From assembly GCF_021246445.1 (NCBI RefSeq), contig NZ_JAJQXW010000001.1:1-64000 (forward strand): a stretch of DNA of 64,000 nt. Direction: 5' to 3'. The stretch is from Rhabdothermincola salaria. GTDB taxonomy: Bacteria > Actinomycetota > Acidimicrobiia > Acidimicrobiales > Acidimicrobilacustridaceae. This document shows, one piece after another, positions 28,885 through 37,519 of this stretch (the first letter of the stretch is position 1; each line of letters starts with the position of its first letter). The position numbers were made by a program, and so were the translations under genes. The notes under the pieces were generated by a model. It was not told the origin of the DNA, did no database searches, and saw nothing but the letters and a program-made list of their open reading frames with translations.

Positions 28885-29475
28885 ATGGACGGACCCCGCG
28901 CCGCGACCCTCACCGACCTCGACGTGGTGGCCACCGCCCTGGGCGAGGCGTTCACCGACGATCCGCTCATGATCTGGGCGTTCCCCGACGACGAGTCGAG
29001 GCCCCGGGTCCTGCGGGGCATGTTCGGCTTCCTCGCCGAGCACCTCTACCTGCCCGACGGGGAGGTCGTGGTCGACGACCGTGGCGCCGCTGCGCTGTGG
29101 CAGCCTCCGGGCGCCCGAGGTGAGGACAGCGAGTCGTTCTGGGCCCAGCACGGCGCCGGCTTCGTGGAGGTCCTCGAGGGCCAGATCGAGCGGACCATGG
29201 TGCTCGGGGCGGCCATGGCCGAGCACCACCCCGACGAGGTCCACTGGTACCTGCCCGCCATCGGGGTGCGCCCGGTGGCCCACGGTCAGGGGGTGGGAGG
29301 AGCCCTGCTGGCCCACACGCTGGCGTCGGTCGACCGCGACGGGGCGGCTGCCTACCTCGAGGCCACCACGCCCCGCAGCGTCGTGCTCTACGAGCGCCAC
29401 GGGTTCGAGGTCACCACCGAGTTCACCGTCGACGACAGCCCACCCATCTGGCCGATGGTGCGACCGGCGCGCTGA
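28885..29475 (+). CDS. GNAT family N-acetyltransferase
   Basis: HWYL..IGV.P..HGQGVGGAL, AYLEAT, LYERHGF. Confidence 0.88.
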   Translation: MDGPRAATLTDLDVVATALGEAFTDDPLMIWAFPDDESRPRVLRGMFGFLAEHLYLPDGEVVVDDRGAAALWQPPGARGEDSESFWAQHGAGFVEVLEGQIERTMVLGAAMAEHHPDEVHWYLPAIGVRPVAHGQGVGGALLAHTLASVDRDGAAAYLEATTPRSVVLYERHGFEVTTEFTVDDSPPIWPMVRPAR

Positions 29476-29662
29476 GCGAGGTGGTGATCGAGCGTCGGCT
29501 CGCAGGTCTCGACGACCTGGCAGAATCCGGATCTCCCGGGGACGGAGGGGTCACCTGGCCGAGTCGGGGCCGCCCTTCGCGGCGGTCGGGTCCGGCACCG
29601 GTGCCGACGTCGCAGGAGCTGGTGCGGGGTGCACCGGTGGGACACACGAAGGGTGGTCGGTC

Positions 29663-30490
29663 GTGAACGACGAGGTGCTGCACGTCGAACAGGACGAAGG
29701 GGTCGTCACCGTCACCATCGACGCCCCGCCCCTGAACCTGGTGGACGCCGACTTCATGGTCGCGCTCCTCGGTTGGCTGCCCGACGCCGAGGGCGACGAC
29801 TCGGTGCGGGTGGTGGTGTTCCGTAGCGCCGACCCCGACTTCTTCTTGATGCACGGCGATGTGCACCAACTCGTCGACGTCGTGCCCGACCGCGGGGCCG
29901 AGGTGACCGAGCCCAACGTGGCGCAGGCCACGTTCGAGCGATTGCACCGGGCCCCGTTCTTCACCATCGGCGTCCTCGACGGGGTGGCGCGGGGAGGGGG
30001 CTGCGAGTTCCTCTCGGCGCTCGACCTGCGGATCGGCTCCTTCGGTTCGGTGGTGGGTCAGCCGGAGGCCGCCCTCGGCATCCTCCCCGGCGCGGGTGGC
30101 ACCGTCCGGTGGTCCCGGCTGGTGGGGCGCTCCCGAGCGCTCGAGCTGTTGCTCACCGGACGGGACGTGCCCGCCGAGGAGGCGCTGGCGCTGGGCTGGT
30201 TGGACGCGCTGCTCCCGGCCCAGCACCTCGACGAGCACGCCATGGCGCTGGCGCGGAGGGTGGCCCGGCTCCCCCGAGCATCGATCGCCGCCGTCAAGGA
30301 GGTGGTCGACGCCGCCCTCACGGACGACGCCGAGGTGCTCGCCGTCGAGAACGCCGCCCTGACCCGGCTCATGGCCACGGGCGGGCACCAGGAACCGATG
30401 CGGAGGTTCCTCGCCGCCGGCGGCCAGACGAGGGAAGGTGAACGGGGCGACATCAGTGCCCTGCTGGCCGCCACGATGGGCGATGCCTGA
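29663..30490 (+). CDS. Enoyl-CoA hydratase/isomerase family protein
   Basis: PPLNL, SADPDFF..H.D, ARGGGCE, QPE..LGILPGAGGT. Confidence 0.88.
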   Translation: MNDEVLHVEQDEGVVTVTIDAPPLNLVDADFMVALLGWLPDAEGDDSVRVVVFRSADPDFFLMHGDVHQLVDVVPDRGAEVTEPNVAQATFERLHRAPFFTIGVLDGVARGGGCEFLSALDLRIGSFGSVVGQPEAALGILPGAGGTVRWSRLVGRSRALELLLTGRDVPAEEALALGWLDALLPAQHLDEHAMALARRVARLPRASIAAVKEVVDAALTDDAEVLAVENAALTRLMATGGHQEPMRRFLAAGGQTREGERGDISALLAATMGDA

Positions 30491-30523
30491 CGCTCCGGGG
30501 TTCCCCGCAGCGGAGGGCGGCTG

Positions 30524-31885
30524 TCAGCGGAACGTCTGGATGGGCAGGTGGGTGGCCATGGCGCTGCCCGGCGGGCCGAGGAGCGTGTGGGCTCGCAGGT
30601 TGCGCTTGTGGAACAAGGCCAACAGCTCGAGGTCCCACCGGCCCGTGCCGGCATCGGCGAGCACGAAGCGTTCGAGCTCGGCCTCCCCGGCGAACCAATC
30701 GTCGGGGCGGTGGCCGAGCACCTGGTGGATGTCGTCGAGGTCGGCGTCGCTGAGCGCGTCACCGACCTCGTCGACCCGGCGGACGTGCCGAGCGCTGCGG
30801 AACAGGGTGCGCAGGCGATAGGCCAGCCACTCGTCGTCGGTCTCGAGGTCGCGCAGCACGTCGGCCATGTTGGCCAGCGCCGTGGTGGCCCGGGACGGGC
30901 GCGGCTCGGGCACCGCCACCGTGGGCAACTCGACGTCGAGGATCTCGGCCAGGGCCTCGGTGGCGAACAGGTTCGTCTCCAGGCACCACTGCATGTTGGT
31001 CATGAGGTCGGTGTCGGCGTGCGGGGCCCGCACCGCCTGGCCGAGGGCCAGCTGGTTGGTGAGGGTGAAGGCGAAGTGGTGGCGCATCAGCGCCTCGAGG
31101 TCGACCGGGGCACCGGTCAGCTCCTCGTAGCGGGCGTAGAGCTCGGCGAACGAGCCGTAGCCGACGATGGTGTCGCGCATCCGCCACGCCGCCAGGTCCA
31201 TCATCGGGTCGCCGAGGTGCCCGATCTCGAGGTCGAGCAGGGCGACGATGTGCCCGTCGGCCTGGTGGAACTGGCCGGAATCCCACACGATGGCGGACTG
31301 CCGGCCCTGGGAGTCGGGCGGGTTGCGGTGCAGCCAGCCGAGGCAGAACTCCATGAAGGGGTCGGGGCCGTTCTTGGTCGACCGATAGACGGCTTCGTAC
31401 CTCGCCAGCCCGAAGGTGCCGGCGTCCTCGGGGCGCTCGGGACCCATGATCCCCGCAGCGCGGAACGGCTCGAGAGGCAGGGTGTGCAGGCGGGCGAGGA
31501 TCTGCAGGTAGTCGTCGACCACGGCCCGACGGTCCTCGTCGGACGTCCCCCGGAAGTCCTGCTGGCCGCCGACCCGGTCCATCACATAGGCCAGCGGCTC
31601 GTCGATGAGCCCGTGCACCTTCGGCACCGGGATGCCGTGGTCGTGGAGCACCTGCTGGAGGCGCATCTCGTGGTCGAGCGGGAAGATCAGCGGCATGTCG
31701 GTGCGATCGCCGCGCACCACCAGCTCGAGGCGCTCCCCGTCTCGTTCCACGTCGGCGAACCACACCGGTCGCCACCGGGGCTGACGGCGCAGGTCACGCA
31801 CCTCGCCGAGGTTGGTCTCCAGCCATCGGCGCACCTGCTCGGTGGCCGCCCCCCAGCGGTCCGCGGTCGGATCATCAGGGCTCAT
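30524..31885 (-). CDS. Aminoglycoside phosphotransferase (APH)-like protein
   Basis: GIPVPKV, WDSGQF, LLDLEIGHLGDPMMDLA. Confidence 0.8.
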   Translation of the reverse strand: MSPDDPTADRWGAATEQVRRWLETNLGEVRDLRRQPRWRPVWFADVERDGERLELVVRGDRTDMPLIFPLDHEMRLQQVLHDHGIPVPKVHGLIDEPLAYVMDRVGGQQDFRGTSDEDRRAVVDDYLQILARLHTLPLEPFRAAGIMGPERPEDAGTFGLARYEAVYRSTKNGPDPFMEFCLGWLHRNPPDSQGRQSAIVWDSGQFHQADGHIVALLDLEIGHLGDPMMDLAAWRMRDTIVGYGSFAELYARYEELTGAPVDLEALMRHHFAFTLTNQLALGQAVRAPHADTDLMTNMQWCLETNLFATEALAEILDVELPTVAVPEPRPSRATTALANMADVLRDLETDDEWLAYRLRTLFRSARHVRRVDEVGDALSDADLDDIHQVLGHRPDDWFAGEAELERFVLADAGTGRWDLELLALFHKRNLRAHTLLGPPGSAMATHLPIQTFR

Positions 31886-31909
31886 CGGTCCAGTGTGGTC
31901 CGGGAGCGC

Positions 31910-32665
31910 TCAGCCTTCGTCGATCACCGGCGGTCGGTCGCCGCCTCCGTGGGCGGCGACGTCGGCGCCGGTGACGTAGCCGGCGAGGTCGGAGGCCAAC
32001 CAGACGGCCACGTCGCCGATCTCGGTGGGCTTCGCCAGACGCTGGATGGGGATGAGCGACTCCACCTGCTGGCGACGCTCGCCTTCGCCGTAGAAGAGCT
32101 CGGCCTGCTCGGTGAGGATGTAGCCGCAGGTGATGGAGTTCACCCGCACCGTCGGTGCCCACTCCATGGCCAAGGTGGTGGTGAGCTGCTTGAGCCCGGC
32201 CTTGGCCGCCCCGTAGGCGGCAGTGGTGGGGGAGGGGCGCTGGGCCACGATGGACCCGACGTTGACGATGGACCCGCCGCCGTCCTGGTCCTTCATGTGG
32301 TGGTGGGCGCGCTGGGCCACGTAGAGGGGGGCCAGCAGGTTGAGCGCCACGATGCGCTCGGAGAACCGGGGCGACGCGTCGGCGGAGTCGGCGGGGGGCG
32401 AGCCGCCGGCGTTGTTGACCACGCAGTCGAGGCGTCCGGCGGCCTCGTGGGCGGCGTCGACCGCGGCCCAGGCGGCCTCGCCCTCGCGCAGGTCGGCGGG
32501 GACGAAGATCCAGCCTTCGGGCAGCGGCTGCTCGGGTTCACGGCGGGCGCACACCACGACGGTGGCTCCGGCGTCGGCGAAGCGCTGGGCGATGCCGCGA
32601 CCGACGCCCTTGGTGCCCCCGGTGACCAGCACCGCCTTGCCGCTCAGATCGATCTCCAGCGCCAC
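31910..32665 (-). CDS. SDR family oxidoreductase (Rv3549c-like)
   Basis: TGGTKGVG, NNAGGSP, RPSPTTAAYGAAKAG, LA.EWAP.VRVN, LFYG, HGGG; GAGGAGG RBS before GTG. Confidence 0.85.
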   Translation of the reverse strand: MALEIDLSGKAVLVTGGTKGVGRGIAQRFADAGATVVVCARREPEQPLPEGWIFVPADLREGEAAWAAVDAAHEAAGRLDCVVNNAGGSPPADSADASPRFSERIVALNLLAPLYVAQRAHHHMKDQDGGGSIVNVGSIVAQRPSPTTAAYGAAKAGLKQLTTTLAMEWAPTVRVNSITCGYILTEQAELFYGEGERRQQVESLIPIQRLAKPTEIGDVAVWLASDLAGYVTGADVAAHGGGDRPPVIDEG

Positions 32666-32728
32666 TGCGGGCCTCCTCGGGTGCTCACGTGTTCGACGCC
32701 GCGACGCTACCGCCCGCACCGTCGGCCA

Positions 32729-32745
32729 TCTGACGGACCGTCAGC
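32729..32745. promoter_or_regulatory. Operator site 5 (TCTGACGGACCGTCAGC)
   Basis: One terminal mismatch; upstream of minus-strand -10 TAGCGT (32704-32709); abuts the nuoF-like stop codon. Confidence 0.78.
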
Positions 32746-34125
32746 TCACGTGTCGTAGGTCCAGTCCGGTCGCTTGCGGTCCTGGCGGTCGTCGTAGGTG
32801 ACCCGGCCGTCGACGATGTCGGCGATCTTGGGGGTGGGCACGACGGACCGGTCGGACGGGCAGCGGCCTTCGAGGTGGGCGGCCACGTCGTCGGGGAAGG
32901 CCCGCAGGATGCTCGACACCATCACCCGTTCCTGCACCGGGATGTAGCAGCGGTTGCCGTCGGCGACGATGCGCAGGTTCTCGGCGATGCGCCCCAGGTC
33001 GGCATCCTCACCCTGGCCGGTGCGGATCCGGTCGAGGGCGGCAGTGATCTGCCCGGAGCCGAGCTTGCAGGGTGGGCACTGCCCGCACGACTCCACCGCG
33101 AGGAACCGGGACAGCATGGTGGCCACCTCGACCATGCAGGCCGAGTCGTCGTAGACGACGAACCCGGCCGAACCCAGGCCCACCCCGGCCTGCTCCATGG
33201 CGTCGAAGCAGAGCGGGGTGTCGAGCAGGTCGGCGGTGATCACGGCGTTCGACACCCCGGAGAACACGGCCTTGACGCTCCGGTCCGGGCGAGGCCCTCC
33301 GCACGTGTCCAGCACCTGGCGCAGCGGCGTCCCGGCCGGCACCTCGTGCACCCCCGGCCGGTCGACGTCACCCACGACCGTGCACGAGACCGAGCCGGGC
33401 GTGCCCTCGGTGCCTTCGGATCGGAACGCCTCCACCCCGTGAGCCAGGATCCACGCCACGTGGGCGAGGGTCTCGACGTTGTTGACCAGGGTGGGGTTGG
33501 CTCCCGCGGCCGGGTCGATGTCGCCGTCGGTGGCCTGCCAACCGAGCTGGGGGCCGGTGGCGAACAGGCCATGGAGGTACGGCGGGAGCCAGCGCGGGAG
33601 CGGCTCACGCCCCTCGATCACCTCGAGCAGGGCCTTCTCCTCGCCGAAGAGGTACTCCTCGGGCCCGGTGACGAGCGTGACCTCGATGCCGTGCAGCCAC
33701 CCGGCTCCCTCGATCTCCCGCAACGCTCCCCTCAGCGCCGCGGTCTCCGGTTCGAAGCTGGCCTTCAACGCCACGAACGCCTGGCGAGCCCCCACCGTCT
33801 CCGCCGCGATCAGGACCCCCTCGAGCACGGCGAAGGGATTGGTGCGCAACAGGGTGCGGTCCTTGAACGTGCCGGGCTCCCCCTCGGCGCCGTTGGCCAC
33901 CACGTAGCGGGTGCCGGGTGCGCCACCGGCCACCGAGCGCCACTTCACGGCCGCCGGGAACCCGGCCCCTCCCCGGCCCCGCAGCCCCGAGGCGGCCAGC
34001 ACGGCGAGGGTCTCCTCCGCGCCGACGTGGCGAGCCCCCACCAGGCCGGCGCCGCCGCCCCGGGCCAGGTGGGCGTCGAGCGTCACGACGGGGTCCGACG
34101 GCAGGATGCGCGGGTCGAAGGCCAT
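32746..34125 (-). CDS. Stand-alone NuoF-like FMN/[4Fe-4S] oxidoreductase
   Basis: GLRGRGGAGFP, EGEPGTFKDR, NNVETL, SLBB region, ESCGQCPPC..C; no other nuo genes nearby. Confidence 0.85.
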   Translation of the reverse strand: MAFDPRILPSDPVVTLDAHLARGGGAGLVGARHVGAEETLAVLAASGLRGRGGAGFPAAVKWRSVAGGAPGTRYVVANGAEGEPGTFKDRTLLRTNPFAVLEGVLIAAETVGARQAFVALKASFEPETAALRGALREIEGAGWLHGIEVTLVTGPEEYLFGEEKALLEVIEGREPLPRWLPPYLHGLFATGPQLGWQATDGDIDPAAGANPTLVNNVETLAHVAWILAHGVEAFRSEGTEGTPGSVSCTVVGDVDRPGVHEVPAGTPLRQVLDTCGGPRPDRSVKAVFSGVSNAVITADLLDTPLCFDAMEQAGVGLGSAGFVVYDDSACMVEVATMLSRFLAVESCGQCPPCKLGSGQITAALDRIRTGQGEDADLGRIAENLRIVADGNRCYIPVQERVMVSSILRAFPDDVAAHLEGRCPSDRSVVPTPKIADIVDGRVTYDDRQDRKRPDWTYDT

Positions 34126-34215
34126 GGTCGGTCGCTCCTCGGGTGGGGTCGGGCGGGCACCGGCGGTCGGGCTCGACCATGGTGGCGGCCGCGGGCTCGA
34201 CGTGACGGTCGGGGG

Positions 34216-34893
34216 TCAGGCGGGGCCGGTGGTGGTGTCGAGGGTGGACTCGTCGAGATGGCAACGCAAGCGGCAGCCGGCCCGCCGAGGGTCCTTGGCG
34301 ACCAGGTCGTCGACGACGACGCCACCGATCGCGTCGGCCACCCCGACGGCCAGGCCGTGGTGGAGCTGGCAGACGGTCGCGGGATCGGCGAGCGCCGTCG
34401 TCTCGAACGGGCAGTTCTGCAGGACCAGATCGACGCTGGAGCCGCGACGGCGTTCGATCGGGTCGAAGCCCTGGCGGGCCATGACCCGGGTCAGCTCGGC
34501 GATGGGATCGTCCTCGCTCGGGCCTCGCTCGTGTTCGGCTCGGCCGGCGAGTCGACCGATCTCGGCCGGGGTCTGCCCCGTGCGGATCACCTCGCTGAGC
34601 CACTGGGCCAGGCGCTCGTAGGGGCCCGGCACCTCCCAGCGGCTGGCCGCGGTGGGGTCGACCCGGTAGACGAGCCGGGGCCGGCCGGGGCCGGCCGGCC
34701 GTGCCGTGGCCTCGGTGACGAGCCCGGCGTCGACCAGCTTGGCCAGGTGCTGGCGCACCGCGTTGTGGTTCAGCCCGACGTGGTCGGTGAGCTCGACGAC
34801 CCCGACCGCGCTGGGTGCATCGGCGATGTAGCGGAAGAGGCGGTGGCGGGTGGGGTCGCCGAGGGCCCGGGCCTGCACCTGGAGGGTGGTCAC
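34216..34893 (-). CDS. Winged-HTH transcriptional regulator with Cys-containing C-terminal domain (COG2345; ArnR/SufR-like)
   Basis: ALGDPTR..., VRQHLAKL, GRPRLVY, NCPF..VCQLHHG..GC; GTGA overlap. Confidence 0.82.
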   Translation of the reverse strand: MTTLQVQARALGDPTRHRLFRYIADAPSAVGVVELTDHVGLNHNAVRQHLAKLVDAGLVTEATARPAGPGRPRLVYRVDPTAASRWEVPGPYERLAQWLSEVIRTGQTPAEIGRLAGRAEHERGPSEDDPIAELTRVMARQGFDPIERRRGSSVDLVLQNCPFETTALADPATVCQLHHGLAVGVADAIGGVVVDDLVAKDPRRAGCRLRCHLDESTLDTTTGPA

Positions 34894-35207
34894 GAGGGCT
34901 CGTCGCCGTCGGTGGGCGCCAGGGAGCCGGCGCTCCATCCCTTGGTGGCGACCTCGGCCAGCTCGCCGACGGTGTGGGCGGCGCGCAGGTCGTCGAGGTC
35001 GATCTCGCCGAGGGTCCGCTCGCCGAACTCCTCGACGATGGCGTCCCACAGGTCGAGCAACGCGAGGTCGCTGTCGATGCCGACCTCGCCGAGCTCCGTG
35101 TCGGCGCCGGCGGAGGACCGGTCGGGGACCTCCAGCACCACGAGCAGGAGTTCGAGGACGTCGTCGGAGGTGACCTGGTCTCGGTGTTGGTGGGTCTCGG
35201 CCGGCAT
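34890..35207 (-). CDS. Small acidic acyl-carrier-protein-like protein
   Basis: DTELGEVGIDSDLALLDLWDAIVEEFG..TVGEL resembles the ACP fold pattern; GAGGA RBS. Confidence 0.55.
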   Translation of the reverse strand: MPAETHQHRDQVTSDDVLELLLVVLEVPDRSSAGADTELGEVGIDSDLALLDLWDAIVEEFGERTLGEIDLDDLRAAHTVGELAEVATKGWSAGSLAPTDGDEPS

Positions 35208-35258
35208 GGCGGTCCTCGTGCAGGCGAAGGAGGGCACGTCTCGGGTGACGTTGATTAC

Positions 35259-35274
35259 TCTACTCGTGACTAGA
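35259..35274. promoter_or_regulatory. TCTA-N8-TAGA palindrome (TCTACTCGTGACTAGA) in the divergent promoter
   Basis: AT-rich inverted repeat; same architecture as the site at 36902. Confidence 0.55.
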
Positions 35275-35356
35275 GAATCGAGCGAGGGTGGACGCTGCGG
35301 CCGAGGTCGGCGCCGCGCCTCTGCCCTCCCCCCACCTCCTGCGAGCGGGCCCTTCC

Positions 35357-36427
35357 ATGACCGACCAGCCGCCAGCCGCCGCCGACGAGCCCGACCGCCG
35401 GGCCGATCGGGTGGCGGTGGTCCACCGACAGGCTCGACGCACCCTGTTGCTGGCCGTCGGCTTCACCGTCGCGGCGGCGATCGTCGTGGTGGTTCCCACG
35501 AGCACCGGCCGGTGGGTGCCCCTCCACCTCTTCTTCGTCGGCGGGCTGCTCCTGGCCGTGTCGGGGGCCACGCCGCTGCTCGCGGTGACCTGGTCGACCT
35601 CCATCCCGCCGCCCGACGCGGTGGTGCGGTGGCAACGGCTGCTGCTGGCCGCAGGGGCGGTCGGGCTGGTGCTCGCCCGGGAGCTCGACCTGTCCGACGT
35701 CGTGGTCGTCGTGGCCGGCAGCGGGCTCGGGCTGGCCCGGGCCGTCGACGCGTGGCCGGACCGGGCCGTCGCACTGGGGCAGGCCCACATGGTGGCCAAC
35801 CTCTACGGGCTGGTGGGCATCGTCGTGGCCGCCACCCTGCCGTTCTTCGTGGCCACCCAGATCCGGTCGAAGATGGGGCCCCGGGCGTCGGCCCCGGCCA
35901 TCCGGACGGTGCTCGTGGCGTTGGCCGTCGCCGCCGCACTCGCCTCGGCGGGGGCCATCCTCGAGGCGGCGGCGCTCACCGCGGTCGGGCTCGTCCTCTA
36001 CGCCGTGGGGCTGATGGCCACCGTGGGGCTCTGCCCCCGACCCGTCCGCCGCCAGCTGCGCTGGGCCGGGCCCCGGGTCTGGCTGCTGGCCACCGGGATG
36101 GCGTGGTGGGTCGGAGCGACCGTCGCCCTCGCGGTCGAGGCCGCTGGCGGTCGCGAGACGTCCGATCGCACGACCCTGGTCCTGGTGGCCGTGGGTGGCT
36201 TCCTGCCCATCGTGCTGGGCTCGCTGGCCTACTTCGGGCCGGTGCTCCGCGGTGGGGGCCACGAGCGGCTGACGGAGGGCTTCGGCCTCACCCGGTCGTG
36301 GCTGGCACTCGGCGCGTGCAACGTGGCCGCGGTCGGCCTGGCGGCGTCCCAGCCGACGCTCGCGGCGGTGGCGCTGGGGGTGCTCGCCGTCGACGTCGTG
36401 GTCCGGCTGGTGCTCCTGATCAGGTGA
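35357..36427 (+). CDS. Polytopic membrane protein with His-containing helices (NnrS-like / N-terminal domain of actinobacterial Cu-nitrite-reductase fusions)
   Basis: About 10 hydrophobic segments; WVPLHLFFVG, AHMVANLYG..ATLPFF; start uncertain (35288 or 35357). Confidence 0.65.
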   Translation: MTDQPPAAADEPDRRADRVAVVHRQARRTLLLAVGFTVAAAIVVVVPTSTGRWVPLHLFFVGGLLLAVSGATPLLAVTWSTSIPPPDAVVRWQRLLLAAGAVGLVLARELDLSDVVVVVAGSGLGLARAVDAWPDRAVALGQAHMVANLYGLVGIVVAATLPFFVATQIRSKMGPRASAPAIRTVLVALAVAAALASAGAILEAAALTAVGLVLYAVGLMATVGLCPRPVRRQLRWAGPRVWLLATGMAWWVGATVALAVEAAGGRETSDRTTLVLVAVGGFLPIVLGSLAYFGPVLRGGGHERLTEGFGLTRSWLALGACNVAAVGLAASQPTLAAVALGVLAVDVVVRLVLLIR

Positions 36428-36878
36428 CCCGGGGGAGGTGCGTGCGGGCGGCCCCGCCGGGCGCCTCCGCCAGGGAGACCGGGTGGCCGACGAGCTGGTT
36501 GCTGTGGACCCGGGCCACGTTGTCGGCGAGCTCGAGGGCCCGATCGGCGTTGGGGCCGGACCAGCCGAGCTCGACGGTTTCGTGGAAGAGCGAGAGCCAA
36601 CGCACGAAATGGGCGGCGGTGAACGGGCGCTGGGCGTGGATGTGGGCGTGGGCCTGGAAGGGGTTGCCCGTGTAGCCGGCCTGGCCGAGCAGGGCGCGGC
36701 ACCAGAACGCGGTGAGCTTGGGCAGGTGCTCGGACCAGTCGACCCGCGCCACGTCGTTGAACAGCGGGCCGAGCAGCTCGTCCTGGGCCACGTCGGCGTA
36801 GAACCGGCGGACCAGCTCGGCGATCTGCTCGGGGCTGTCGAGATCGGCCCCGCTCGGATCGTGGTTCCTGTCGCCCAT
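36420..36878 (-). CDS. Group III truncated hemoglobin
   Basis: LVRRFYA.V.QD.LLGPLF, DW.EHL.KL..FW, Y.GNP..AH, HF.RWL.LF; GAGGAG RBS. Confidence 0.9.
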   Translation of the reverse strand: MGDRNHDPSGADLDSPEQIAELVRRFYADVAQDELLGPLFNDVARVDWSEHLPKLTAFWCRALLGQAGYTGNPFQAHAHIHAQRPFTAAHFVRWLSLFHETVELGWSGPNADRALELADNVARVHSNQLVGHPVSLAEAPGGAARTHLPRVT

Positions 36879-36901
36879 GTCGTCTCCTCGGTCACCGCAA
36901 A

Positions 36902-36917
36902 TCTAGCAAATGCTAGA
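36902..36917. promoter_or_regulatory. TCTA-N8-TAGA palindrome (TCTAGCAAATGCTAGA) upstream of the globin
   Basis: 7-bp perfect arms, 24 bp upstream of the globin start. Confidence 0.65.
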
Positions 36918-36929
36918 AGAACTTCCTTA

Positions 36930-36973
36930 CGGCGGCCGGGCGGCGGCCGGGCGGCGGCCGGGCGGCGACCGGG
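36930..36973. repeat. 11-bp tandem repeat (CGGCGGCCGGG)x4
   Basis: Three exact copies and one single-mismatch copy. Confidence 0.75.
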
Positions 36974-36995
36974 TGCGCCGACGCGGAGGCCCCGA

Positions 36996-37430
36996 TCAGT
37001 CGGCGACGTCGACCTTGGAGACCACGTTCGTGGGACGGACCCGGACCACCATCTCCGGTGGGACCGCGTTGCGGCGCCCGAAGGCCTCGGCGTGCTCCGC
37101 TCCCATGTAGCGGGCGGCGATGCGGGTGCTCCAGGTCAGCAGCTCGTCGGGGTCGGTGGAGGTGGTGGTCGTGCCGGTGATGGTGACGAAGCTGAAGGGC
37201 GGCTGTTCGTCGTCGAGGCAGAGGGCGACCCGGCCGTCGCGGAGGATGGCCCGTCCCTTCACCGTCTCGGCCGACGTCATGAACACGACGTCGTCGCCGT
37301 CGAGGTCGACCCACACGGGTGCCACGTGGGGGCTGCCGTCGGCGCGGGTGACGGCCAGCTTGGCGGTGTGGGCGGGGAGCGCGGTGAGGAAGTCCTTCCA
37401 CCAGCCGGGCGGGGCGTCGTTGTAGGCCAT
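36996..37430 (-). CDS. PPOX class F420-dependent oxidoreductase
   Basis: TAKLAVTRADGSPHVAPVW, KGR.I.RD.RVALC.DDE.PPF.FV, FGRRN. Confidence 0.88.
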   Translation of the reverse strand: MAYNDAPPGWWKDFLTALPAHTAKLAVTRADGSPHVAPVWVDLDGDDVVFMTSAETVKGRAILRDGRVALCLDDEQPPFSFVTITGTTTTSTDPDELLTWSTRIAARYMGAEHAEAFGRRNAVPPEMVVRVRPTNVVSKVDVAD

Positions 37431-37481
37431 GTGTCGTGGAACGGGCGGGCCGTCGGCTCCATTCCCCGGACGTCGCCGCAA

Positions 37482-37498
37482 TCTGACTGCCCATCAGA
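37482..37498. promoter_or_regulatory. Operator site 6 (TCTGACTGCCCATCAGA)
   Basis: Directly upstream of -10 TAGCGT (37506-37511) of leaderless echA20. Confidence 0.75.
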
Positions 37499-37519
37499 TC
37501 CTCGCTAGCGTCGGCCGGC

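Noticed and set aside
32875..36675. 1266-aa ORF on the + strand
   Set aside because: Shadow ORF, antisense or out-of-frame to recognisable genes; typical high-GC artefact. The same applies to 4135-6756, 11114-13840, 15155-17098, 30548-32758 and 46581-49028.
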